Origin: Cirrosporium novae-zelandiae
Lineage: Eukaryota
Length of the DNA: 64,000 nt
Assembly (NCBI GenBank): GCA_026023565.1
Contig: JAPETS010000002.1
Coordinates: 868,001 to 932,000, forward strand
Direction: 5' to 3'
Shown: positions 27,737 to 40,463 of the stretch, in pieces
Layout: the number at the start of each line of letters is the position of its first letter
Numbering within the stretch: position 1 is the first letter of the stretch
The notes under the pieces: generated by a model
Told to the model about the DNA's origin: nothing
The model's input: only the letters and a program-made list of their open reading frames with translations
Databases searched by the model: none
Program-made: the position numbers and the translations under genes

Positions 27737-28992
27737 ATGGCACATCCCTATAGGGAATTTGGTGAAAGCAGTAGGGGTAGTTTCAGTGGCTATACCTCTG
27801 AATCGTGGGTTATGTACCTTTTTCTCTTCACTCGTTTCTAACCCTTCTTAGACGCAAGAACATCTCTCTTCCAGCCAAGTTAACCCCTCATCTCTCTTTT
27901 GCATTATTCTCGCTAACTCCACTAGGATAAAATGCAAAAATTGCAAGAAGGTCAAACCCAATACCAGCTTCTCCAACAAACAGCTGAACGACTTGCGAAA
28001 CCACATCCACCGCTATGGCCAGATCTCAATTCATGAAACAATGGTCCGCTGCCGGAACTGCACTGGTGGTCAGACCGTTGAGCTTCAATGCAAATACTGC
28101 AATCTTTGGAAAGACTTGGAGCTCTTTGGCAAGGCACAGCGAAGAAATCCTGAGGATGCCGTAAGTATCCATCCCATCATTACACTATTGATCATACGGC
28201 TAACATATGGGTGGCACCATAGATATGCAAGCTGTGCAATGATAAGAACAAGATCCAGGACACTGAACCCGTCAAGGAAGATGAAGATGACTTTGGTAAC
28301 CTATCTGACACTGAAACCCTCCCAAGCAACATCTACGAGAGTTCTGAGTTGGTAAGTAGCACATCTGACATCCATAAATCCCCATATTAACTCTACGTTA
28401 TCCACATCTCTCATGAGATCTAGCTAATCAAACCCTCAGGACGCCTTGAGCGACGATGGTCTCAACAGCGTAGCTGGAAACTTGAACATCCATGACCACG
28501 CTCGCCCCAGTTCACCAGCCTCCTCAAGTGGCGGCGGAGTGGCTCTAGACAAAGGTAAGCAGAGGGCTAGAAACACCACTGTGTGGGTCGTCCAAAACCG
28601 CCCTGCCCACCAAGCTCCTACCACCAATAGGGGCCAGGCTTTTGCAAATGACTACAATTCTTCGCGCGACACCTCTCGCATCAATACCGTCAAGGCTTCA
28701 AGTGCCACAAACTCCTGGACTAAGTTCAGCTCTGCCAACTCCGCTGCATCCGGAACCACCAATGTTCCTCGTCCCAAAGTGACTGCCGCAGAGAAGCATG
28801 GCTTCGCGAAGGTCGGGGTGAGTACTGGCGATCAACAAATACTTGTGTGAATATTAACATCTCTAGGCATATCGGGATAGGGAGGCAGAGGCCACCTTGT
28901 TGGAAGATAGTTGCTCTGACAATGATGATACCGACGACGATGGTGACAGTGACGGTTCTGTTGACGAGAACAATCCAGCTCGCTACTACTAG
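27737..28992 (+). CDS. Stc1-domain zinc-binding protein, multi-exon
   Basis: Spliced LPAKIKCKNCKKVKPNTSFSNKQL..RCRNCTGGQTVELQCKYCNLWKDLELFGKAQRRNPEDAICKLC: four CxxC pairs with FSxxQL and FxKAQRR motifs; acidic tail. Confidence 0.82.
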
Positions 28993-31228
28993 ACTAGAGT
29001 TGGACGTATCACCCTCTACCCTACTTTTCTGTCAAGACACTCTAGCTTGTTTTAGTGGAACATTCTTGCTAGATGGATGGAATGGCGATTACCCTGAGAT
29101 GGAGATTTGTAGTAGTTAGGCCACTTACTTTAAGATACAGGTAATCCCTGTTAGGTGAATTAAGCAACCCTTTAAGAGAGACTCCTTGAAGAAAGTAAGT
29201 CAACGAGTAACTGTGCATTGAAGTCTAGACTTAGTATTTTTTCTCCTCTAGTACCACCACCTCTCAAGAAGAGCCACTTAATTATGCTGGACCATCAACC
29301 AAGCATCTACTAACTTGAACCAAGAAAACGTAGTGACAAAGAAGGCTCCCTTGATAACGGCAGCCCATGTGTTAACAAAGGAACTAAAGGGATTTTCATG
29401 TACCTGAATCCTGCACTGGGCGTTCGGCGATACTTACCATTCCAATGTTATGTAACCTAAATAGCGCCATTGACTGACTCATTTTATGGTCAAGCTGGTC
29501 AATAACTATGACGCTACAGACCAAGACCTTGACCCTGGAAATCTCTTAATCTCCATGTACTGTACTTCCATATCAGCTTTAACCTTAGAAGTATCGGTTA
29601 AATTCCTTGTCAAGGAGCTTTGCTACCTTGCTCCGAGCACCCATGTTGCAGTCCATAATAAGTAGAAACAGCCCCCTACAGCATGTCCCAACCCGGTATA
29701 TCTTCATTGTGCCAGCATAATCTTTGGCTTATGGAGTGCATCGTTATACATCTCTGGGTTGAACACATGCCATGATATACCACCATCTGCGCGTCTTCGT
29801 GGATATACAAGACTCAGTCCCATGTTCTAAGGTTTCGGCCTTGGTTAATCCTGTCGAGTCTGCATCATTTAGTAGCAGTACATTTTGGATGACAGCTGAG
29901 TGGAAATGGAAAAGTCACATATTCTCTGTCTGAAGTTCATGTTGGTCGGGAGTAGAAGGAGATGTGGTGTTAGGAATAGTTTTGACAGGTGTTAGTAAGG
30001 TCGCGACTAATCAGCCTTCCTATAGGTAGGTTGCATGCTGTTGAGTTAACGGTAGCTAATGGATCGACACGGACTAAGTATATAGACGGGAATGTTGTGC
30101 GACTAACTACCAAGTACCGTGTATGAAGATGCAGGATGTAAATAGAGATGATCTAAATAAAAACCTGATCGGCCAAGGGCGGTAGCAATAGGGGTGTTTG
30201 ATATGTAAGAATGTTCAAGGTGGAGATAGGAGATGAATGAGGGATTTCAAGGATAGATTTTCAACCTGGGACATTCTGCTCGTTTTTTTCCTGTTCCTAC
30301 TAAAAAATACCTAAATGTTTTCTCATGGGTTGATTAGATAAAGCAAGGCGTCAAATCTCCTGCCTAATTAGAAAGCTTTTACCCTGTAACAATGCAGCGT
30401 AGTGCAGTGCAGAACGGTGCAGAATGAGGGGGGCAAAGATGATGGCGCTAAAATATCCCAATTGGCAATCTGTTGATCATAATGGGAGGGAATGGAGGGA
30501 ATGGAGGGGCGAAAACCAATCGAAGGTTCTTCTAGAAAGTGGAAACCAACGATAAGATGATGGGTGGGAGGGGGGTTGACGTATGTGGGGTATTTTAAAG
30601 TATTTTTGGAAGTATTATTTGGTATCAATGCATCAAGATTATGCAGAAGAATTGTCATGGTAATTAATTTGGAGGGGCTCTTTGGCCATAAATCCCATAT
30701 CGTGTGTGTATCGCTTGTGGCTGAACCAGTAAAATAAAAAACAAGTCCGGTCCGGCATGACAGGTGCTTCTGACTGGCAGTAACAAGGACCGGATGACGA
30801 GACTCAGTTCGGACTGATGATGAGCCTTTCACTCACCTCACTCTCAGCCTGCAGCTACCCAAGATTTTTGAGCTTTTGCAACAAATTATCCTTCCGAAAC
30901 TGTTTCATCGACCCTGCCTACCACTAATATCCAATAGTTGGATAGTGAAATCCCCTACAGAAAATATTATCTATTGTCTATCCACTGTCACTGAACCGGA
31001 TTTCTTGCTCTGACGTACTCAGCCTTGCACACAAATTCGTTCCACCTCATCCTCTCAGGCCTTCATCGACTTCGAATCCTGAACCATCAACAACAACACC
31101 TAGGCAAATAATCTCATACTTAATTTTTCCTAGAACGCCGCCTGCAACAACTGGACTTGCTGCCTCTGGCAGCTCCCAGAACCCCCAAAGAAGGGAGTTG
31201 CTATCTACAAAATATTCTTCATCTGAAA

Positions 31229-33218
31229 ATGTCGCATGACGATTATCACCACCCTCTTTCGACAGAACAGGCCGACTTTTTCAACTCTAGCCATCTTGAC
31301 CCTCGAAATTCCTACTATCCTACAACTAATTCACATTATGATCCTGCAGGCAGACGGTCAAGAGCGTCATCCAACACTAGAAGTGAATACAATATCGATT
31401 CTTCTCGCTACCCCTCATCTCGTCAGCCCATTAATGAGGCTGTGACAAATGAATTCAATAAAACCGATGCACCCGGCTATGTATCGCCAGAGTTGATTAA
31501 TCAAATCACTGAAACTGTCATCAAGCAACTGACGTCTCTTGACGGCGCTGCACCCATCGCTCAGCCGCAGCCTATGGCAGCAGATCATCCAATCTACCCT
31601 CCCTCTACATCCGGATCTTCGCCCAAAATGCCTACACGTAATTATACTCCACCCTCTCCAAGGCCAAGGACAGAGGAGCGTGGCCGTCGTACCTCTCCAT
31701 CGGCTCAGAGTAAAGGGACTTCCACCCTTCATGTTCCCTCTGAATATACCCAATCATCCCAACCAGAAAGAAGAGGAGTTTCTCCAGCGAGGGGTCAGCC
31801 AGGTGATATCGGACAAAACTCAGTTCGACCAAAAGGCCCGCCTCGACTGTCAACAACCAATGATGCTACAACGCTGGAAAAGATTTGGGGTGCATTATTC
31901 GATCTTGATGGAAATGCAACCCCGAGGCTGGGACAGTTTTTGCGTGGACTTGCTGTTCATATAGTAAGTTAACTTTAACACTCACTTTCTGGATATATAC
32001 TAAACGTTTTCGAAGATTGAAGACTTTGAGCCCCGGCATAGTATCGTTGTTACACCCTCAAAGCTTCAAAAATATTACCAGCAGACAAGGCTATCATCCG
32101 AGCAATATCCTTGGCAGGGTCGGTATCACCTCATGTAAACTACAAAGAGATAAAAACTAACTTCCCTAGATGTTTTTGATGACCACTCTTCGAGCATCTC
32201 GAGGATGTTTCGTGAACTTGAATGCTCACATCATTTAATTCAGGAAAGGCCATCCGAAAGGCCAGACATCCCGGGCCTTACACCAGTTGGGTTCGAGCGA
32301 TGGGTGACCCTTTTGATACAAGCATATCCAGAACAAGAGTACGAAAGACTTACCAAGGCTGTATTAGATATGCCAATTAGCAACCCTGATGACAAAAAGG
32401 AGAGGTTTCCTAAAGAGATATCAAAACGATTATTTCCAACTGGGCCAGACCATGAGGTCAGAGCTCGGATTAAACATGCAATTGACGAACATGCAAATCT
32501 TGAGTCGATGACAACACCAATGCCAACCCCAACGCCTAAGCCCGCCCAACAAGAAACAAATTCTCATTACCATACAGACACCACAGTTCACTCACCGCCA
32601 GCCTCAAAGCGAATTCCTACTCCTCTCGAACGCGAGCGACAGCCATATTCCAACTCGCAACCCCCATCAGAACCATCCGAGGCTTCTCTGGAGGACAGTA
32701 ATATGTCTGCTAAGCCTATTGAACGGGAGAGAAAGCCATATGTTGGTAAAGAGGGAAGCGGTAAGATTTATGACAGCACTTTAAAGCCAGCCCCAACCGC
32801 CAAACACGCTCGGTCAAACTCCACAGCTACAAGAGCACGCCCTGTGGTTATTAATGAGACAAATCACCGGCATACTGGAAGTGCAAGTACCGCTTCAACA
32901 GGAGGAAGACGTCGTGTTCACAGCCCTCCACCTAGTTCTGATTATCGCCGGTCCGATGGTGACTTACTGTATGGGTCTACTTATCCAACTTCGTATGCTA
33001 CTGAGACTTCATTTGATGACCCATATACACGAGAAACTACAACGACATCTCGGAGACCTTATGATGAAGACCCACGCATCTACGATAGTCCGGCTCCATA
33101 TGACTACAGTGCACGGGGAGCCCTTTCAGGCGATGAAGACTATTATAGGAGTGCTGGAAGGGGCACTACCGGTAGTGGATATGATTACACACAGAACTAT
33201 CCTCCTAGATATTCCTAG
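31229..33218 (+). CDS. Pro/Ser-rich protein with central DUF7514-like domain, 3 exons
   Basis: WGALFD..GNATPRLGQFLRGLAVHI/IEDFEPRHSIVVTPSKL, ISRMFRELECSHHL, IPGLTPVGFERW; GT-AG introns near 31964-32016 and 32119-32169. Confidence 0.8.
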
Positions 33219-34457
33219 GCTTTATCGCTCTTTAAACTTGGAGTTTCTTTTTTGGGTGGCAGTTTTGCTTTTCAGTTTGACACGATACCGATAAGAACGC
33301 ACGTTGGGATGATTCGATGATGCTGATGATGATAATCCACCCTTCCTTTGTTGACCATGGTTGTGTTTGGAAGAAGGGGAATTACAATCACTATGGAGAA
33401 GTGCCTCTTGTATCATTTTGTGGTGGCGGTCTGGACATTTTGATGAGATGGCATTTCTTTCATGATCACTCCTCGGTGATTGGTAATTGGTGACAGGCTG
33501 TATCTTATTCATTTGCTATTCTTTGTTTTTACTATAAGCATGCCTACTTCCTTTTGTATTGCTTTAATTTTTTGTGGGAAGTGGGCTTTTCTTGTTGATA
33601 CGTTTGACATAAAGAGAGATGTGATGAACGAAACCATTGCATTATTCCACTGAACGGTGCAACTATTCTTTGACGAGATGGAGGAGAATCGGCAAATTCT
33701 TGTCATAGAATCCATTCATTTACTTCATTCTCATTGCACCTACCTACCTTACCTTACCTTAGTTTGGTGGTTTTAATAATGCCTGTATTTGTAGCCCTTT
33801 TTCTTCTCTCTGTTCTTAATGCAAATTGATTTTTTTTATTGGTCATTATCATTTTGTTGTTATGACAAAGGCACTTAGGTGTATATGGGTTGTTTTTTAT
33901 TACATACTCATACTACTGGAAAGCAAGCTCCCCTTTCTTTTTGGTTTGATGATGGGACAGAAACTTGTGTGTTGCCTTTTTTTTTGAACATACCAACCAC
34001 TACTTCATCGGCGGATCGGTAGGATTACAGGGTGGATTGGTGTATCTGCCATTGGCTATAGGATAGGATAGTATGAAAAGGAAAAAAAAAAAACATAAAT
34101 ATAATTAATTAATGATTATTGAACTGATGAATGTTTAGTAATCTGTTGTTGTTGTTGTTTTCTTTGATAGGATGGATGGCTAGTCTTTTTGTACTTGGTA
34201 AAATATCATGGATGAATGGAATCAATGAACGGGGGTATCTATCGTAAAGTTAAAGTAGAAGTAAAAGTAAAAAGTAGATGATTTGGTAATTTGGCAAATG
34301 TATAAGTAGCCGCTGGTATAAGTACCTAGGTAATTATTAACGATAATGATGATGATAATGTCGCATCTCGGGGCTCTCTGCCTTTGTCTTTGTCCTACCC
34401 TACTTAATAAATAAATATTTCCCCTCCTTTTTTTCCAGTTTATTTCCATGTGATTAA

Positions 34458-35900
34458 TTATGTATTCCGATGACGTAGCAGTTCTAGGATGTCGTCTTTG
34501 CTCCTTGCTTTCGCTTTCGCTTTCGCGTTCGGTGCCATCATAAACCGATCCGAGCTACTTTTTGTACTTCCACTTCGACAACCTTGATTTATATTTGTAT
34601 CTCGTTGGAGGAGGAGTTTGAAGGATGTGGAGGGTGGTGGTTGTGGTGGCGGGATGGATTTTTTTGGGAGGTCGGGATGGGGATGGGGGCAGTGTCGATG
34701 GTGATGATGATGTTTCCTTTGGTGTTTAGTTGTGGTGGATTGGTTTTTGGAGGGGGGAGCGGCGGGGGGTTGGTGTGGAGAGAGGGGGAGGGAGACTGAG
34801 GTGGAGGTGGAGGAGGGGTCGTTTGGTTTGCGGAGGGGTGGTGGAAGATGTGGGGGGTTGTTGATCGAGGTGGGATGATTGTGATTTATATGACTGTTAT
34901 TGCCATCATCATCATCGTTGGTTGTATACCGCTTTTCGTCTATCCACCTAACCCGTTTCTTCTCCAAGTGCTCATCCCCATCCCCATCCATCTTCCTCAG
35001 CTCCCCCCTCAACGCCCTCTCCACCTTCTCCTGTCCCTCCCACCTCCTCACCAGCCCATCCAGCGCATTAACCCTCTCATCTTCCAGAAACAACTTCTGT
35101 TCCCGCTCATACTCCTTCTGGCCTCTCTTACATCTCTGCTCTAGTACCCTCCTTCTTTTCTCTTCCCTCACCTTCTTTCGTCTGGCTTTTCTCGCCTGTT
35201 CCGATTGATCACCTGCGAATTTATCTCGCAGGCGATTCTGCTCCGCCTCGGAGAGAACCCAGGGGTGCGAGAGGACAGATTTGTAGAACTGCGTCTGCGA
35301 GCGCCAGGATGCAAGTTCCGAGGTTGTGGAGACGATGGGCGTGAGCCGTGCGAGAGCGATTTGGCGCGTGTGTCTGAAGACAGAGATTGTGCCCTTGGCT
35401 TTTATGAGGGTACCGGTTTCGAGTCCGGTGAGGGAGATTCCGTTTTCGGTTACGCTGGGGTTGGGGTTGATGGTGTTGGTGGGTTCTGGGAGGAGGATGT
35501 CGGTTGCAGGGTCGGGGGATGCGGGTGCAGGGAGGGGGGCTACGAGGTCAATTGTATAGCCGCTGAAATCGTCCAGGGTTAGGATTAGGCGGCGTGGGTA
35601 GAAGGTTATGGAGACTAGGAGGCCTTGGAGGCAGAAGTAGCGGATGGGGTAGTTGAGGTAGAAGTATGTGTTTTGGCCTGGATTTGGAGCAAGGTGTTAA
35701 TCAGATGAAAATTGGGGGGGGGGGGGTAGTGTATATATATTATATATGCCCATACCTTCAGATGCAGGTCTGGTCGTCAGCCTGTTGTGAACATCGTCGG
35801 CCGTCAACTTCACCCAGTGCGAATTATCGTATGTTGGTGCCGCTGGCCAGCAGTATGCTGGATAGAAAACCAGGCTCTTTTGGTCATCATGGTTGTTCAT
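34458..35900 (-). CDS. STN1: CST complex subunit Stn1 (telomere-capping OB-fold), 2 exons
   Basis: FYPAYCW.AAPT...WVKLTA.DVH; intron 35678-35755; then GQNTYFYLNYPIRYFCLQGLLV..RLILTLDDFSG, IKAKGTISVFRHTRQI, LSHPWVLS, open in frame into the 237-aa ORF. Confidence 0.82.
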
Positions 35901-36748
35901 GTCATCTTAATTGAGGCCATAGCAATCGATGGCGCTAGACGGTTAATCATGAATTGCATCCGTGATACATATCTAATATCATCGCGGGTCGGACTTGAGT
36001 TTGAGTGGGGACGCGACTGGTTTAGCACGGAGTCACATGACGGCTGGACTGTTACAAAGTACTCGCCTATGTTACTGTACTGTACTGTACTGTGCAATTA
36101 TGGAAAGTTGTTTAGGTATGCACTACATGTATATATACTGTACCATGTATTTTTTATTCTTCATTACTAACAGTCGACTGGGGTTTCTGGGGGTTTCTAA
36201 TTGACACATGAAAAGCGTTATCCAGGATGAAATTATGATTCTAATAAAGAATCCTATCAACCACTTTGTTACCTCTATCCGTGGGTCCCTAATATACCAT
36301 GTCACTGACTATCCTCGATAGCCAAAGGAATGATGCACTGGATATTTAGGATATTAGAATAATGCTTAATTTTCATCCTTGCAGCTCCGGTGAATTACGT
36401 GGGTTTCTTGAATCCTTATATGGTTTCGCAAGGCATGAGTACAAGAGAAGGACAGCTTCATCCCTCATTACAATCGCTAGGTCATACGGTGAACGATGAA
36501 TATTTGGGAAATCCCAAGGACATAATAAGGCAGTTAAATATTTGAATCCGTGTTAATGGCTCGTTAGGAGCTTTTGGGTAATATCCTTTTTACAATAGCA
36601 TTCCAATGCAGATTAAGATTGACCCTTCATATATTCCCTTGCTTAGGGAATGGAATGCAAGCTCTGCTGTCTAGAATGATTTCCCAATTTTTTATTTTCT
36701 TTCTCTTGTTCTCGAATTCATGAATCTATCTATTGCCTTTGTCACAGG

Positions 36749-38209
36749 ATGAAAGCAGTTGCCATATCTCTGCTACGGTACGAAAAAGAAATCGACGATA
36801 AGCTTTGCTATGGCGCCGGCAGAATTCATACTGCCCTCGGAGCCACTCTATCGTCCTACTTCCCCAGGCTATGTCGAATTAGCTTGATATTACTTCCCAG
36901 CTACGTCCAGAGATGGATACGCGGCGAGCCCCATGAACCAACCAAACTACACCCAACATCGGCTCTTGACGGCCTTCGTGGATGCGCCGCCGTTGTTGTA
37001 TTCATATTTCACTTCGTTTTCACGTTCACCTGGACTATCCAATTGGGGTATGGATTCCAGGAAAACTGGTGGATAATCCTCTTTCCTTTCATCCGGCTCT
37101 TCCATCATGGGATGTGCATGGTCCTCGTGTTCTTCTTCGTCTCTGGATATGTCATATCATATAAGCCGCTCATGTTGATGCAAAGGGGCTCCTGGGACCT
37201 TCTGCTTCATACGCTTGCCTCATCAGCTTTCAGGCGAGCGTTTAGGCTCTTTATTCCGTCCATCGTGGCCACGCTGATCGTATTGGCCACCGTGCGAATG
37301 GGTTTCTGGGAATATCCACGACAATTTGCCTTTGACGGCGTGGTAATGACAGGAGTCCAGGAACCATACCCTCCACGATTTCCGACCCTATCCGACCAAC
37401 TAACCCACTGGGGTCTCACTCTCAATCTGATGACCTCTTGCTGGCACTGGGACAACTTTTACCCAGAGTATGATCCTCATCTCTGGACTATTCCAGTCGA
37501 GTACCGTAGCTCCCTAGTCCTTTTTCTTGTCCTCCTGGCCCTTGCCAAATGTCGTGTCGCCGTCAGACTGGCACTTCTATTCGCCGCAATATGCTACTGT
37601 ATCCACTGGGACCGCTGGGAAATCTTCCTTTTCCTAAGCGGCATGTTCATCGCTCAGGTCGATCTCATTCTACTTGGCCGACGGGAGAAAATCTCTACCC
37701 CCAATTTCAACAACGCTAACACTAGCAACCACTATCGCTGGACCTTCCTCTTCATCCTCGGTGCCTACCTGATGTCTTCTCCAAACATCTACATGGAATA
37801 TGCGCCGGGTTACAAGACCCTCCATAGTCTAGCCCCCTCTAGCATCACCCAAAAACACCGCTTCATCCAGTCCATAGGTGTGGTCCTTCTAATACACTCC
37901 CTAAATAACCACCTGCCCCTCCAACGCCCCTTCCTCACCCCAATCGCCCAGTACCTTGGTAAAATCTCCTATAGCTTCTACATTGTTCACGGTCCTATTC
38001 TCCACACTCTGCACTACAGCCTGATGCCGAGCATCTGGGCTTGGACGGGCAGGGAGCAAGTATTCGGGTATGTGCTTGGCTATTTGATGAGCGCAGTTGT
38101 TTGCATTCCCATAGTGCTTTGGGCAGCGGATTTGTTTTGGAGGGGTATTGATGTGCCGACTGTGAGGTTTGCGAGGTGGGTTGAGCAGAGATGCTTCGTT
38201 AGGAGTTGA
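36749..38209 (+). CDS. Acyltransferase-3 (OafA/YrhL-type) membrane O-acyltransferase, intronless
   Basis: ALDGLRGCAAVVVFIFH, FFFVSGYV, RRAFRLF, HLWTIPVEYRSS, YLGKISYSFYIVHGP; multiple TM helices. Confidence 0.92.
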   Translation: MKAVAISLLRYEKEIDDKLCYGAGRIHTALGATLSSYFPRLCRISLILLPSYVQRWIRGEPHEPTKLHPTSALDGLRGCAAVVVFIFHFVFTFTWTIQLGYGFQENWWIILFPFIRLFHHGMCMVLVFFFVSGYVISYKPLMLMQRGSWDLLLHTLASSAFRRAFRLFIPSIVATLIVLATVRMGFWEYPRQFAFDGVVMTGVQEPYPPRFPTLSDQLTHWGLTLNLMTSCWHWDNFYPEYDPHLWTIPVEYRSSLVLFLVLLALAKCRVAVRLALLFAAICYCIHWDRWEIFLFLSGMFIAQVDLILLGRREKISTPNFNNANTSNHYRWTFLFILGAYLMSSPNIYMEYAPGYKTLHSLAPSSITQKHRFIQSIGVVLLIHSLNNHLPLQRPFLTPIAQYLGKISYSFYIVHGPILHTLHYSLMPSIWAWTGREQVFGYVLGYLMSAVVCIPIVLWAADLFWRGIDVPTVRFARWVEQRCFVRS

Positions 38210-39057
38210 GGGGGAGGTTTCGTAGAGCAGTTTGTGGAATATTTGGGTTGGTTAAGGCGATGAGATATCTGGCTTGATTTGTCGCTTGTTCTTTAGATTG
38301 TCTTTTCTCGATTCGTGGAAGTCGCCGTGAACATGAATCATACACCGTAGGGGAGGGTCAGAAACTCTTTTCTTTGAGTTATATTGTTTTTGGAGTGGAG
38401 AAGAGGAGTTGATCCTTAGTTGGGATGCTATAGAATTTTGAAATGTGACGAAACGACGCTTAGAATTACTTGGAGGTAGTTCTTTTATTACGCATATCCA
38501 ACGGGCCTCTTCGTATTTCTTCGTCTCTTTTTTTTAGGTTAGTGTTGTACAGTAGCTCGCCATTTGAGGTTGATAAAGATTATATATCCACTGAAGGGAG
38601 AGCGCAAAGAAAAAAGTATATATATATAGAAGAACAAATAAGTCCTAGGAGCCGTCATTCTGATCTGATCAAGGAAACATGTAGATAGTAGAAATGATTT
38701 CCAAATCGAAGTTCATAGCTAGACACCGAGAAAGAATGCCGCTAACCTTCAGCATTGAGGAGGACTTGTTGTGATAAAGCCCTGGTGATGGTGGATAGGT
38801 GTTTGACATCCAGATTTGGATGAAGGTCCACATAAGGAATCGATGGAGGATGTAATGATGGCTGTTGTTTTTTTTTTGAGGAATATGTTGCAAGGCCTTT
38901 TTGCGGAGATGACCCTTTTGTAATTTCATGCACATATCTATTGAAACTCAAGATCTTATCATTGGGCCAATTGACTTTTTAGTTTTGCCCCCCTGTCAGT
39001 GGTAACCATTGGAAGACGCTCTAGGAGATTGAAAACTAATATTAATTATTTAAAAAC

Positions 39058-39122
39058 CCGAGGATGAGTCGCCTATTTGAATATATATTCATTCATATTC
39101 AAAACATACGACTCACCTTCGG
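39058..39122. repeat. Imperfect inverted repeat / hairpin
   Basis: CCGAGGATGAGTCG pairs with CGACTCACCTTCGG (12/14 identity to its reverse complement); inner TTGAATAT/ATATTCAA is perfect. Confidence 0.7.
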
Positions 39123-39552
39123 CCTCCGAAAAATCATTTTTGCGCAAAATTATTATTTTTTATTAATTGTAGTTACTATATTAGAATTAATTTTAAATAT
39201 AAAGCTTTTTTGCGGAATATCTAACCAGTACTTCTTTCTCTACAGATCTATATCTTTTTTATATCACACTTTTAATCCCCAACACAAATAGTGAAGATCC
39301 GAGTTTGTGAGCCCTGCTTATTTTGGGACCAGCGTGGGCATATACTAGATAGCCTGTTATATTACCTTACAATTCCTTAGGCGAACATCGAGGATTTAGT
39401 TACTGAGTTTGGTACAGTACGTTGATATCCCTCTCTAGTTGGTTGTTACTGACCGCATTGATTAAGATCCTACGCCAATTAAATATTCGAGTTAGTATAT
39501 ACATAGAGTATTCGATTTACAAATTAAAGAAATCTTCTTCTTAAATCTCCCG

Positions 39553-40463
39553 TCACTCTGCACTTGGTTTCGGCCTTGAATCCATTTCTGAAACCACATG
39601 CGCTTCCAACTCTGGCATGGGCTGTGGCTGTGCTTTTGGTATGGCATTTGCGTTGTTTCCTGTTCCGTCCACATATCTACCTTGCATCAGGTACTGTTTT
39701 TCATTGTCGAGCTTCTTCGAAATCGCCAGCCGGTTCTTCCTCTCCCAGATTGCCCAGGCCAATGATGCTAGTGCGACTACGCCGAGGGGAACGCCAACAC
39801 CCACTCCTATAGCCGTTTCTTTGGATGAACTACTTCCACTGCTACTCGAGCTTGAAGATAGAGTGCTTGTTGCGGACGTGTCCGAAGAGCCTGAACTACT
39901 CGAGATGGTAGCGTTCGCGAGAGCTGCACGCCCTACTATAATAGATCCAACATCCAATTCAAATGCGCTTTCGCTGTTAGGGCAGACTAAACTGTTGCCA
40001 TCTTTAGATATCTCAGGCATACCACAGCACCAGGTTGATACTGTGGAGTTGCGGGAATGAGTTATAATAGGGATGCTGCCACTAGGATTGTCAGAACCTA
40101 TTTTAAAGTGACATGTCAGTCAAAATTTCCTTCATCTTTCATATAAAATGGTAGACGCGTAGGTTCTCACTTACTCCCATGACATATCTGTGTACAATTA
40201 CTTCCCCAACTCTGGTCTGTGCAGCTTCCTCTTGCGAGATGATTGTCAGTCAACTGGGTAAAACAGAGGCCATTAGTGAGACATGTAGCAGTCTCGCCAC
40301 AGCAAGATGTATACTGGTTGTCACTGCAAGGAACGTCGTTCTGGGAAACTTTGCCGTTGGGGTAATAACATGTTGCAGTTGAGGTGGCGGCAAACACAAT
40401 GCTGGGTAGAGAGAGGAGGGCGAAGGTGGAAATGGGTATTATGGGTATTAGTATTGATCGCAT
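39553..40463 (-). CDS. Single-pass cell-surface protein (signal peptide, Cys-rich ectodomain, Ser/Thr stalk, TM), 2 exons
   Basis: Signal peptide, CYYPNG..DVPC...SCC...ATCLTNGLC...RGSCTDQSW..C...C, GT-AG intron near 40099-40172, AIGVGVGVPLGVVALASLAWAIW TM followed by ERKNR. Confidence 0.85.

Noticed and set aside
29430..29439. ATACTTACC resembling the U1 snRNA 5' end
   Set aside because: Downstream sequence lacks U1 stem-loops and an Sm site; equals a reverse-strand GTAAGT hexamer
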